Positions 1 through 12,370 of a stretch of 64,000 nucleotides of DNA are shown here, piece after piece. Below the pieces are notes generated by a model. That model was not told the DNA's origin, did not search any database, and worked only from the letters and a program-made list of their open reading frames with translations. Origin of the DNA: Nemertoderma westbladi (Eukaryota > Animalia > Xenacoelomorpha); assembly GCA_032718475.1 (NCBI GenBank), contig JAUCBJ010007942.1, positions 33,021 through 97,020 of the forward strand, given 5' to 3'. Within the stretch, counting starts at the first letter, position 1, and every line of letters begins with the position of its first letter. The translations under genes and the position numbers were made by a program.

Positions 1-2962
1 GGTATTCGATCTTTCTCCACTCCCGACGAAGTCGATGGTGGAGTCGTCCTATGATCTTTAATAGGACTGTAGGGGTATTCCCGTAGTCAAGTTGTCCAAT
101 GGATCTTAAAGTAGTGATAGCGTTCTTTATCTCGTCGGCCAGTTTTAATAAGTCGACGGGTTTAGTGATAGCCCCTCCCTTACAGAGTTCCTCTATTACT
201 GACCTGGCCATACTGACTGTACCTCCATATATCGAAGTTAAACGATCGTACGCTAGTTCGAAGGCGTCCGGTACACCAACGAAGGTCTCTGCCAAACGTT
301 TAGGTTCTCCTGACAACGTTTGAAGCAGGTAATTAAACTTCTCCCGTGATGTAAAGGCGCACACGGCGATCTGAGATTCGATATAGTCTACGAAAGTGTG
401 CCAGTGTTTTGAGCTACCGGAAAACTTAGGTGGTTGTTGCACCGGCAATCCCTGTCTGGCTGCGAATTTCGCTATCTCCTCGGCAACGTTCAGAGTTTCG
501 CGTCCTTGGTTGGTACACTGGTTGATATCCCTTCTTGGCGCTTTTCCCTGATACAATGTATGTTTTGAAGGTACCAGTCTTTGTGGTTCCTTCGGGTGTC
601 TATTGTGTTCGAATTCAGTGTTCCTCGAACTATCGGTTTGAACTTCCTCCAGACGCTCCTCGATCTGAGCCAACTTGTTAACAACTGGTCGCAGGATGTC
701 GGCGAACTGTTGTGTGCTGATTGCGTCCGTTGGTTGTAACGCCTTCTGTGTTGGTGTATTCTGTGGAGGATCGTCTACAAAGGAGTTATCTGAACGCTCG
801 CGTTTATATTCATCGGCCGCCCCTGTTCTAAATACCTCGCGTTTCGGGTAATCCGATTCGCTCGAAGTACTACTATCATCTGGATATGGTGGTCGACGTG
901 CTCGCGTCCGTTGCGTCGTACGAATTCTCACGTTTCGTTTCGGAACATCGTCCACTGATCTCCGTTGTTCGGTAGGCTCACAAGTCTTCCTCGAAGTCGT
1001 AGATTGCGATGTAAATTGGTTGAACGGTCGCGTATCCACTGTTCTCCGTTGTTCGGTAGGCTCACAAGTCTTCCTCGAAGTCGTAGATTGCGATGTAAAC
1101 TGAACCGGTGGTCGAGTAACAGCGTTTGAATCCAAAGGCCTTGTTGGCCTAAACGTCATTGGGTAAGCGTAGTGTGTAACAGGTTTTGGCGTCAGAGGTG
1201 GACTCACCTGTTTTGTCGTCAGTAGTGCAGGTCCAGTCAACAAACTACTACGATCTGTAATTGGTGGGTTACTTACCTTGACTTTCGGAATAGGCGACGA
1301 CGTTGCTCTTGGTGGTGTAAACTTGTCCGGAATAACAAACCTGTGTTCCGTCGCACCATGGATAGGAGAAATATCACTACTACCCGCAATCGAAACAGGT
1401 TCCTTAGTTGTAACTGGTGCGAACATAGGGGTTACTTGAGGGAATCTTTGACATAAGTCCTTTACTAATTGTCGTTCCCGTCCAGGTGCTCCTATCGAAC
1501 CTTCCTTTAGTCGTTCCTGGATTTGGCGGTGCCTTACCTCTATCTGGTCCAAATCATGTCCGTCACGAGATCTCATCGATCAATCACGGGCTAGAAGATC
1601 CAGATTTTCCTTGGTTTCGGCTAATTCTCTCGCCCTTTTCTCAAGTTCGAAACGAAGTTTAACTTCCTTTTCTCGTTGTTCCGTTTGTTGTTATTGCGCC
1701 TCGAACTCTGCTTGTCGTATCGCTTGTTGGGCTTTTATTTGCCGTGTCTTCATCTCGACTCTGGCTTCTGAAACTAACCTTTTTCTTTCTAACTCTGCCG
1801 CTTCCGTTTGTCGCTCTAACTCTGCCGCTGCCGTTTGTCGCTCTAACTCGGCCGCTGCCGCTGCCGTTTGTCGCTCTAACTCGGCCGCTGCCGCTGCCGT
1901 TTGTCGCTCTAACTCGGCTGTTGCCGTTCGTTGCGCTAACTCGGCCGCTGCTGCTTGTTGGGCAATGTCCAACTCTAACCTTTCCATTTCGGCCGCTTCG
2001 AGTTCGGCTTGTTCCTGCAGATGAGAGATTCTCGCTACATTCGCAACACGTATTTTCTCTTCCTCTACCGCTGTTTGTATCATTAGCAGTTGAGTTTGTT
2101 CTTCCATCTCGTGTTGCTGTCTGTAGAACTGTTGCTGTTGTCGAGCAACTTCTGACGTGACCATGCTTACCTCGTTAATCTCACTGCGAATACTCACCAG
2201 TGATTGATTCAGTATTCCCGGTGCCGATTCGATTCGTGCGGGTGAAGTTTCCCTCGTATATTCCGGCACGGTTTCCCAATCTCCGACATCCTCGCCGCAC
2301 ATACGTAAGTGGTCCGTCAGATGTTTCAATTGTCCATCCAGTCGGTACAGTTCCTGTTCTTCCTCGGGCTGTAATAATTCGTCCGAAACTGACTCACCTA
2401 ACAACTGGTCCGCTTGTTCCTGTTGTATCTGTCTAATCGTCGACTTAAACTGAATCAGTTTCTCTCTAGCGATCATTAGTTTCTCGAGGATTCTAAGTTG
2501 AGTATCCATGTCCTGTCTCTGTCTAGCTAGATCTTGTAGACCAACTAGATTATCTACGGACTTATATACTTTACTCTGTACTCTAACCTGGAGGGTGTAG
2601 AACTCGAATCGAGACATCGGAGCGGTCAACTCGTCTAATATGCGTTGACCTTCTCCAATACTCCTGGTAATATGCGCCATGTATCCACCGACGCTTCTAA
2701 CCACACTTTCTGTGCTTCCTGCTGAACTTACCATTTCCGTTTCCCTGTATCTAGGTTGCGGAACAGTTAGAAAGTCCTCGGTCCTGCCGTCGCCTCGTAC
2801 TACGGCATCCGGTACTCCCGTTGGATGTACTGGTGACGCACACGGTGTAGGTTCGGTAGGCTCGCGAGTCTTCCCCTGTTGTTCTTCCGCTGCTGACTTA
2901 TCCGCGTCACATGAGTCATAGTCGGTAGGTGTATTCTTCGTATAGTCTTGTTTGTCACTCAT
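1..2962 (-). pseudogene. gag: gag(-pol) ORF of BEL/Pao element 1, interrupted by two in-frame stops
   Basis: The 423 aa ORF (2962-1691) continues in the same frame past TAA (1691-1693) and TGA (1580-1582), then stays open to base 1. It includes coiled-coil AAAAELERQT repeats (~1780-1950) and an ~84 bp internal duplication (~955-1100). Confidence 0.85.
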
Positions 2963-3044
2963 TTCGGTAGTTGTAAGTCAAGTAAAGTGAGTGTCAAAGT
3001 ATCAAACTTACCGTTTTTTATCTAAACGGTACTAATTACAGTCA

Positions 3045-3170
3045 TATAAAATTAGCCTACCGGCCGATTTTATAGCAGATGGATAAAATTAGCCTAAACG
3101 GCCAATTTTATAGCAAATAAATGTCACGGAATAAGTATATAATAAAATTAGCCTAGCGGCCAATTTTATA
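3045..3170. repeat. Three short direct repeats (ATAAAATTAGCCTA..CGGCCAATTTTATA) in the 5' leader of element 1
   Basis: Copies are visible at ~3046, ~3083 and ~3142. Confidence 0.7.
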
Positions 3171-5069
3171 ACAAATAAATCGGATAATGATATGCGTTAT
3201 CAAAAGGTAAATTAAATACAATAATACGGACTAATTCAGCAATGAACAAAGAAATCATACGGAATGCATAAATACTTGAGACAGTGGAACCCACAATAAT
3301 TTTAACTAATACGGTAATGCCTAACTTATTTATGCAACTTTTCGAACTCACCCACTCCAATAATTCTCCAGAAAAACAGATTCCCAGATACAAACCGGAC
3401 GTGAACCTTTCCGTTTTCAGCGTTGCGGACGAAGCGCGATTTTCCCAACCAAAGTTGTTGGGTTATCTATCTCCCAAACTTGCTAAACACGGTCTTGCTC
3501 CCGTTACAGTCTAGAAATGAGTTCTGAATCCTGAAAAACAAAAGAGTTAGGTTTTACTTTTACGAAAAATTTTGTACCGGTACAATATGGTATTTAAACC
3601 CTTTTAAACACCGGTATTCAATTCCAAAAATAATTTTACACGCGGTTCAAATCAAATTTTATTTCAAAAAATTTAGCACTTAGCTAATCAAATATAAATT
3701 TTTACCTCAAAATACAAAATTTTCAAATAACTTTAGTCCTACCGAACCGTAGTTCAGTAAAACACATTCCTACTATATGAAGAGACAGCAACAATACCTG
3801 CAATATCCTACTGTAAAGTTTGTGAATCAAATCATAAATCCGACCTTCTCACCAAAACAGTAAACTTCAAGTAAGCGAATATATTGCAGTATCGATCTCT
3901 TATAACCGGTGAGGCAGAAAACAGTCTACGAGCAGACAAACTTCGATGAAACAAAATCCCGCGCAGCGAATCCTAAAATCAGGCTGACTCACTGACGGAC
4001 TAAGGGGCTCGTATACTTTGCCGCGGTGTGATTTATATGGTTGGGCGAAGGGACGCTAGCTAGGTACAGAGGCAGAGATTTGGAGATGTCTAACTAGCGG
4101 GCAAAGCACAGTAAGGACGAAAGTTTATTTTATATATTTTGAGGTGTAAATAATTTCTAACGCGCGTGTGTTAATTCTGAATGGTCAAAAGCAGTTTTGC
4201 TCCTTCACATATATAATTACTGGGTACGGTGTGCATTTTACGAATATTCTAATTTTATAACTTGTAGGTCCAATACTCACGAATGATAAGGTTCCTTCCC
4301 CTCTTGCGTATTTCCAGGACTCAAATTCAGGCATAAGGTTAATGCTACGCCCAGAATTCGGCAATTTTAATTTACCAGGTCCCTAATACTAAGAAGAAAT
4401 GTGTTAGTTTACTACAGTAGGCGTACTGTTACTAATAGCTATCCTGGCGTCCTATCTAGAATTTTAGTCACCTAGGTAGGCTGGGTAACTTCCTATTAGG
4501 GCGTTGGCGGGGACACGGTAGATGTTAGTATATCCCTAATAGCCTCAATTTATTTGCGCCTAGTTGTAAACTGCCCTACCGCCTGAATGGTACAATCCCA
4601 ATTCAGGTGAAAACACAGCAACCATCCTAGCCTACAAGTTCTAATGCAATGGACACCGTCGTACTACAAATAGTCGCACACGCACCTGTACTTAGCAAGA
4701 GTTAGGCGTACAGTTTGCTGCACCCTACCAATTTGTATGCTTCGTACCGGTGTGCCTACGTCCTATCTGCGTACTAGTATCTGCCTGCGCTCTCCCCCCG
4801 TAGGAATGTGAAGGTCTACTGTGGTTTTTCCTGAATTAAGACAGTACAGTCCCTAAGATGTAATTTTAGGCTCACAGCGTGTCACTACTTCTACCTTTTG
4901 ATCTTTGGTCTTACACTTAGGTAGCGAGGCGTCGAACGCTGTCTAACCTTTCAGGCGATGGGCGAATAACTCAAGATGGTATTGCGGGTTGTCTCTTGTC
5001 TACATTCCCCTGATGTTCCCGTTCATTGCTGCGGCCCGATCTCTAGCCGGCCATCCTGTCCCTTAGGTT

Positions 5070-5698
5070 TGTTCACCGTAGTGAATCATGGTGAAAGAAA
5101 AGCAGATAGCGGTATTTCTGAATTTATTGCAGATAATAATACAAAATGTAATCTGAATACTAATGACAGAATAAACAAATATCAGATAACTCAGAGAGAT
5201 AGATTATGGTATACTTGCACGACATAAGAGATTAAGATTGATAGATAACTAATGAACAAATCGCACCTTTATATAGCAAATTTGTGCTGCAATCAATCGA
5301 GAAAATTCTCGATTGTTCTATAGGTTCTAACAGGGTTTTAAAGATAGCTATTGGTCCAGCTAATATATAACTTGCACGACATTGGTTACAATCAAATAAC
5401 TACAGTCTCATTGGTACAGACAAATGCAATTAATTTGTAGCGGTTAATTTAAATGAGTTGAAATTCTGTACAAAAAATAATTCGCACTTACTAGGATTCG
5501 AACTCAATACCTACTACACATATAATTTCCAACGCTCTACCGACTGAGCTACTGAACCACTTGACCAATAGGCGTACAAATGATAGAACAAACACAAATG
5601 AGGACTCAAAGTAATCTTTTACAAAGTTAATTCGAATAAAATTAAAATTTTTAAAATCCACGGCATTTAGGGAATATAATTCTATAGTGTGAATTACA
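5070..5698 (-). mobile_element. Putative 5' LTR of element 1
   Basis: The minus strand starts TGTAA (5698) and ends GAACA (5070). In LTR order it has several CCAAT boxes (~5350-5415), TATATAAA (~5268-5275) and AATAAA (~5123-5128). The partner LTR is outside the window, so the boundaries are inferred. Confidence 0.55.
5472..5558 (-). ncRNA. tRNA-derived Pol III cassette (not a functional tRNA)
   Basis: GGTTCAGTAGCTCAGTCGGTAGAGCG (A box/D arm) ... GAGTTCGAATCC (B box/T loop) ... TTTTTT terminator. The acceptor and anticodon stems do not pair. Confidence 0.7.
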
Positions 5699-8567
5699 AT
5701 AGGTTGGTGGGTAAATGTCAGTTAAGAGGTTTATTGCATCAACTCAAAGAATGGAAATAAATATTTAATATTCCCTTTATTAAATTGGTTGCGTCATATT
5801 GCGGGATCAAACAAGATGTATTGACAATGACAACCATGGGATAGGGTGTGGTTCGTGAACTCAAACCGTCTCAATTGGTTGAAGATATCCGTACAGTATA
5901 TTATACCGGATCGATAATTACACCCTGTCTGCACCATAAACCCGTGACTACAGTATAACCATATTTGGGGGGGGGGGGGGGGGGGCAAGCATCTTAGGTA
6001 ACATGGAAGGCCTCGGGACAGTATAATACTGACACAATATACAGTACGCCTAATATTATATTTTGAGAAGCAGTTGTCTCCTAGAATGTATTTGCTGAAG
6101 TATGACTTAGCCATTCCCAATGTTGCCCTAAGGAATCCTGTGTATCCAACCCTACACATATTACAGACAGCAGGTAGGTGGTACACACAGGGGGGTTGAT
6201 AGTAAGTAACTACAGGGTAATAAACCATCCCCGATGTTTTTATAGCTTGGTAGGATAGGTAAAATGCGAATGCGTAGTTAGAACTGAATTACATCATGCA
6301 ACTCGTAACCAACTGCTCCATAATTTTGAAAGGCCAAAGTCGTTGTATGTGGTCGGTCGGTCGCCTGGCTAAATCAATTCGTAGCCATCATGGAGGGAGG
6401 CAGTGCAACCGGGGTACTAAATAAGCAATCCCAGTTATGAGCAATATGAGTATTGTAAATCACACATCAATGCGAGGAATACCTTATCAGACGAAGTGCT
6501 CTTACTTACTACTGTAATTACAGTATAATACTTAAACATAGAACAGTCTGTACGTAAAGTAAGTTATTATTCTTCGAATAAAAGTGATAAGGTGATTCAA
6601 GAGATTAATTCCTCCATATATGTACTGTAATATAAGCGGCTATAATCTATAATCGACACATCATTACATGTTTTACCACAATTGATTAGTTTGGTAGAGA
6701 AAGAATTGCAGCTCTTAACCTCCATTGTCATCACCGTAAAATTATATTGATTCCAGTATGACTTGCAGGTTTGATTGTGGTGGTGCGGGTTGGGGGTGTG
6801 TGGATGAGTGCGAATGCGAACCGTCTGGGAATTTAAATCGCGTAATGAGGCCCCCGTCTGATGTTATGGAAGTTAATGGAAATAATTACTGAATTTCCGG
6901 CTACTATGTAGGTCTCTACTACTTGACACATTGTTCCTCCACACATAAATCATTGGTTGCCTCCAGGTGCAAAAATAATAGGGATGCTACAGTAAATAAG
7001 AACTATTGTACAACACCTTCATTATCAATATGCAATATTTGAATAGCCAACTATCGCGCATAATGGGGTTACAATGGTTTGTCAAATGCGCGAAATGTGC
7101 ACTCCTCATTATCATCGCTAGTAAATGATTCAATTAGGCAATGACTAAACTAAACTACTGTAGGCTTAGTATAGATACCGGTAGAGGTAATCACAGGTTG
7201 GTATAGCAGAATTCTGAATTCCAGTAGGCCTAATAAGATTCGACTGTGTGTGATGAGTGTTGTCACCAACTTTTGAGTGTTGTCATGGATGGAGCGTTGA
7301 ACTTTTTTTTATGGAACCTTGCAGGCGATATGATATTCACAAGGAAAACATGATTGTGATACTGTGATGTACTGTAGGTACTGTGTTAGTCACAGTTTGT
7401 GGCTGAGTGTTAGGTGCATCACTAAACTTGGCACCCTACCATAAAATAAAATTTAGATTTCAAATAAATTTAGAATGTTTTCCAATAAAATCACAAAAAT
7501 ACTCTTTAGATATTAGAAACCCGTGATGATCAATTATGTTTGAAAAACTGCCATCGCTTCCTCCGTTCAATGCCTCAATTACCTTTTATGAGTTGAGCTA
7601 CTGTAGACAGTGACGTACTGTATCGGATAAGCAGGCGTCTATGTGAACAAATAAGAGGAAGTACTTTGGCTGACATGTGGGCTGATTGCGGTTGATACTG
7701 TTATCAACTACTCCCTACAGTATAGCACCATATGTTGCGCTGTAATTATTGGTAATTACAGTATATTGTGTTGTACACCAACACCATGTCCAACAAGAAT
7801 AACATTGTCTAAATTTAGACATTTTGTTAGCACACGAAAATAACGACAAGCCTTTTAAAAAAAATGAATGTCATATTTATGCTAACAATATAAAATTATT
7901 TTTGGTGCCTATGCTAAGCAATACGTTAAATTATTTTTCTCATCGGATCATCCTATTTTTACTTTGTGTACCATTATTGTTAGGTTAAAATTGTTTTATA
8001 GTGCAATCTAAATACTGTATATCAATTTATTTGATTAAATCAATAATATTACCAACAAAGGAAGGTTATTGACCATTGTTGATATAAACCAACAAAGGAA
8101 GGTTATTGACTAGCCACCATCACCAAGTCTGTAGGCCTACACCGACTATCCTTAAGTGGTAGGCCTACACTTGCAAGGTAGAGCTTAGATTTGTTACACA
8201 CACACACATACATTTTTAGAAAACGGCCATAGTGTAATTATAACAGTTCGCTGATGGCTCGCAGTTTTGACTCGCCCCACATTGTGTTCATAACATTGAC
8301 AACATGTGCCACCCCTCTGGTGATCTCGTGTCCGCAGCAGTAAGAACAGCAGTCCCGCAAGTAATGTAATCGGCAGCACAATCTCCACTGCCGCGCTAAA
8401 AAGGAAGTTGAATAGGATGAAGAATATAACAGTTGCACAGGACACACATCTTTGCGGCCTCCTTATTAAAAGGGTCGTTTTGTTACTTTACTTTTATGCG
8501 ACTTTTTAACTTCAGTAAAAATTCTAAAATTATTTTAATTTTTCTTAGATAATCAAGTGGATATGCG

Positions 8568-9434
8568 ATGGAAGATAGAAAACATTCATTAACATGCAAG
8601 GGTGACAACGGCAACCCTATTGAGGTTCTATGTTTCAAGGATATTAACACATGTTGCGAGCGACGTGAGGACAACGGAACGCTGCTATGTTGCAACACGG
8701 AAAATTCTACGGTACAGAGCATTATGGCTGATGAACAATCGTCATCTGTATTCGCGAAGTGGTACCCTTGGCTGATAGTGATAGCGGTTGTAGGAATACT
8801 TTGCTGTATATTGTACCGTGTTTATAAAAACTACATTTTCAACAAAGATGATCAACCACGAAAAAAACCTAAGAAATGTAACAAGAGTTCGGGGATTTTA
8901 GCAGCTGCCACTGCAGGTTTGGTCTTTGGAGTGCCGATGGAGTCAGAATACCGTGCGAAATTCGCCGGAGACAAATATAGTATCCCAGTTGCTGCTGCAA
9001 TATTCCCAGAGTTATTCCCACCAAAAAATGGTAATGCGCAAGTAGCTGAAAATGATATAACTGAGTTGTCAGAGGTTGACTCTCCGGTCGTGTGCAACAT
9101 GCAGATGTTGTGCAGCTGTCGTGGGGCGGATTCCATGCGATACCCACTCCCAAAACGTATTCCGCACAACCCGCTGCGTCCTAAACGCACACCCATCCCT
9201 CGGGAGATAATGCACCCCTCCGAACTTCCCTACGTGCACTACCTCGATTCATACTCGGACGATTCGTGTAGTTCTTCGTTGCAACAGGGACCGTATATCA
9301 GCCAACCCTTCGCTAGATCCACAGAGGAAGCCGCCCAAATTGAACTTCATCGTGACTCTGGCGAGTTTGACAATGCGTTGGTAGACATGGCTGCTGGAAA
9401 TATGAATGTTGTTAAATACACTATGAATATTTAA
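8568..9434 (+). CDS. Single-pass membrane protein with a six-Cys ectodomain (C-C-CC-CC; WBP1/VOPP1/TMEM92/Shisa-like superfamily pattern) and a Pro-rich cytoplasmic tail
   Basis: 288 aa ORF. TM segment WYPWLIVIAVVGILCCILY is followed by basic RKKPKK; N-glycosylation sequons NGT and NST. A splice-acceptor-like TTTTTCTTAG ends at 8548. No signal peptide is visible. Confidence 0.65.
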   Translation: MEDRKHSLTCKGDNGNPIEVLCFKDINTCCERREDNGTLLCCNTENSTVQSIMADEQSSSVFAKWYPWLIVIAVVGILCCILYRVYKNYIFNKDDQPRKKPKKCNKSSGILAAATAGLVFGVPMESEYRAKFAGDKYSIPVAAAIFPELFPPKNGNAQVAENDITELSEVDSPVVCNMQMLCSCRGADSMRYPLPKRIPHNPLRPKRTPIPREIMHPSELPYVHYLDSYSDDSCSSSLQQGPYISQPFARSTEEAAQIELHRDSGEFDNALVDMAAGNMNVVKYTMNI

Positions 9435-9665
9435 TTACAATAGATGCTCAATTTGGATGAAATGCGTTTGTTTCAAACGTTTTTCAGTCGTATTTCCCCC
9501 CATGATAATTTTACACTTTAAAATATTGTAGTACAATTTTTTCAGTTTTCTCAGACAAAGAGAATTTCCTATTTAAAGCAAGGACTCCTAGAATATAGTA
9601 TTTATTAATTAATGTACTTGTTTAAACATTATAATCAACTTTCTAAATTTCTAATTTTAATATTA

Positions 9666-9888
9666 AGGCCATGATACACCACAGGAGCGGCTAGCGGCAG
9701 CGGCGGGCGGCCGCGGCGACCGGCCGCTGTGAACGGCGACTTTTGGTATGATACACTATAGGAGCAGCGAGCGGCAGCGGCCATTTGTGGTGTATCATCA
9801 CCCATAGAAAATAATGTGTTCTATTTATAAAAAGTGGCCGCTCGCCGCGGCCGCTGCCGCTCGCCGCTCCTGTGGTGTATCATGGCCT
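9666..9888. mobile_element. PIF/Harbinger-type (Tourist-like) MITE, 223 bp
   Basis: TIRs AGGCCATGATACACCACAGGAGCGGC / GCCGCTCCTGTGGTGTATCATGGCCT; TTA target duplication at 9663-9665 and 9889-9891. Confidence 0.9.
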
Positions 9889-10859
9889 TTACATTTACTC
9901 TTATATAAAATATATTAAGCAAAGGGGAAGTTCTCCCTATATTCTAGAATTATTGTCTGTTCTAGAATGGAATATATGGATATATACTGACAATAATTAG
10001 TTTATCATTAATTCGAGCTTTTTGCTCAGGGTAGGTAAGAAATTAGTACTTTCATGTGTAGAGTTTTGCTGTACAGAACTTTATTATTTGTGGCGGCATT
10101 TGAAGAAAGGGACCTTAAAATAAATTGATAGTTCTGAGTAAAACGCATTTAAAGTTTTGGCAATTTTTATTGTTTCAAAAGTTTGTTAAATATTATTGGC
10201 ATGGGGGAAATTCAAAATGTTATCTGTCATATAATTTTGTCAAAGAAAAGGTTAACCTAAGCTATGCTGTAACTGCATACCTGTGCTTTAGTAGTAGGCC
10301 CTAGTACAGTACTATAATATTATAGTGTAATGAAATATTATCTGTAGTAGGCTATAATTAATTATAGCACTGTTATTTTTCTGTTTCAATTCTATTCTGA
10401 CCATTATGATTGCAGATTACTTTTTTATAACTTTTGGGATAAAATAGAATAATCGATTTAAAAATTAAATATTATTAATAAAATGGCCAACAGCGAATGA
10501 TATCTCAGATACCTCGAATTATTAAATATTATATTTATTTATATTCCTCACATATTTTTTCCTTGATTTTGCTCACTCTGTTTATTTTCGCTCCACCATT
10601 TTTAAATGGGATTATTTGTCCGAATTGTCCGGACACAATTCTATTGTTTATTATTGGAGCTGGAAAATTGGGGCCCGGAGAATGGGGACCAAGTCAATCA
10701 GGGCAAAGTATTTTAACGTACAAACAATTGGAATAATAAACATTACTTTAGTTTTCTTTAAATTAAATATAATATTATGAGTGATAGTGAATTTTACACA
10801 ACAATCTAACAGGCGCTGTTAACTCAGTAGTTAATTTGAAATGAAGCATAAAATCATCA

Positions 10860-11380
10860 GCATACATTAAGTCTCCAACAAGACAATATATAACATTGAA
10901 GGTGTTTCATTGGTTCCCCCAAGCTTGGCCTTGCAAAGCCGCTCCCGCTTTGTAGGACACTGTTTTCTCTGTGAGGACCAGCCTCTGCACAATCTAGTGC
11001 TTTGGCAGCCCCACGGCGAAAGTAAGCATGGTGGACAGTCCAAGGCTTTATTGAGATGAGATCTCTCCTAAAGGACACTGACCTTGAAGATGTGGATGAT
11101 CTCGCGAAAGCCGTGGTGGATAGGGAGTTGTGGCGGTGCAACTTTGTTGATAAGCCGGCATAGCATTCTTAATGCACGCTGCATTGGGCTTGCCAATTGT
11201 GGATTGCATGGTGGTGGCAAAATTTTTATGTTAAGCCGACATAGCATCACAATGTGCAGCTTCAATGCAGCAGGCCGATTATAGATAGAGCATGTGCAGC
11301 TTCAATGCAGCAGGCCGATTATAGATAGAGCATGTGCAGCTTCAATGCAGCAGGCCGATTATAGATACAGTAGAGCATAT
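10860..11380 (+). mobile_element. Degenerate 3' fragment of the RTE-type LINE family, with a triplicated 3' end
   Basis: Matches the C-terminus of the 574 aa RT ORF (VSLVPPSL...RF.GHCF...HNLVLWQPHG...CNFVDKP) in the opposite orientation. It is followed by three copies of a 40 bp unit, ATGTGCAGCTTCAATGCAGCAGGCCGATTATAGATAGAGC (~11252-11378). Confidence 0.8.
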
Positions 11381-12370
11381 TCCAAGTGTCATCGACGAAC
11401 CATAACCAGTCTTTTGGTGAAAACCCTTCCAAGTCAGCATTTTGTTCCATTTGGAACATAAAGAGACACACTAATATCGGACTTATTGGGCTTATCATTG
11501 GTAAAGTTAAATGGTACCAGGTAACTGCACTTTCATTCTGTAATAAATACTGGAATCGAACTGATATTTTATCAATATCACTTGTAAAATATATACTGTA
11601 TGTCAGTCTAGGCCTACTGTATAAACTCGTTCGAATTTGTTGAATATTATGCTGTTATAAGGCATCAGCGCGCGAAGGCAATGGACAAGGAAGCGCACAA
11701 TTGCGAGAGGAGGCATGTGCGTGTACCGGTACACGATAGGCCTACCGATACCGGTACCTTCTTTCGATAAGGCCAAACATATACTTCACTAACTCACTTG
11801 CTCTCGTTCGTGGATATATTCCCACTCGAGATAGCGAGAAATACAGTGCTGCTGTATTTAAATCAAATATATATTATTTTATTATAACCAAGGCTGATCT
11901 ATTATTATGCGAGACAACATGACTCATATGCTACTGTTACTGTATGTATTATACACCCCTACCTTACTGTAACTACCTAAGTTTCGGATTACATTATTAT
12001 AATCTTACTGTAATGTAAGTTCGTTGATATTTGCTCTACTTTAAGTTAATAATAAAATGAGTGAACGAATGCTTGAAAGATTGAAATACAATTGCTACTG
12101 CAGGTTGTTCGTACATTGTATACAATTATTGTTCATGGACATTTTACACTCAGGGAATGTTGTCGAATCATGTTCAACAATACAAACATCACAAGAGTAG
12201 GTCTACATACTGTAGACTGACCTATATATTTTTACCACAGCTTCATGGAATCTTATATACTGTACAACGTGTCTGTCGACTACTGTAGGTCGTTCGCTAG
12301 CTTTGATGATCGCCGCGGTCCCATAAGGCGCTAATTTAAAAATACTACGATTTTCTGAGTAGATACTGTA

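Larger units (their letters stand above)
1..5698 (-). mobile_element. BEL/Pao LTR retrotransposon, 5' portion (LTR, long leader, gag); continues beyond the left window edge
   Basis: The minus-strand frame near 1-480 translates to PPKFSGSSKHWHTFVDY...REKFNYLLQTLSGEPKRL...AFELAYDRLTSIYG...LKIIGRLHHRLRREWRK, a DUF1759-type BEL/Pao Gag pattern also seen in the second element. An LTR-like block lies upstream. Confidence 0.85.

Noticed and set aside
5483-5558. Functional tRNA gene
   Set aside because: Acceptor and anticodon stems cannot pair; only the promoter boxes remain.
5794-6228. 144 aa ORF with a poly-Pro run
   Set aside because: The poly-Pro comes from a G homopolymer; no other coding signal.
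8417-8509. Signal-peptide exon for the six-Cys protein (MKNITV...VVLLLYFYATF)
   Set aside because: Ends in a stop, and I found no donor/acceptor pair that joins it in frame to 8568.
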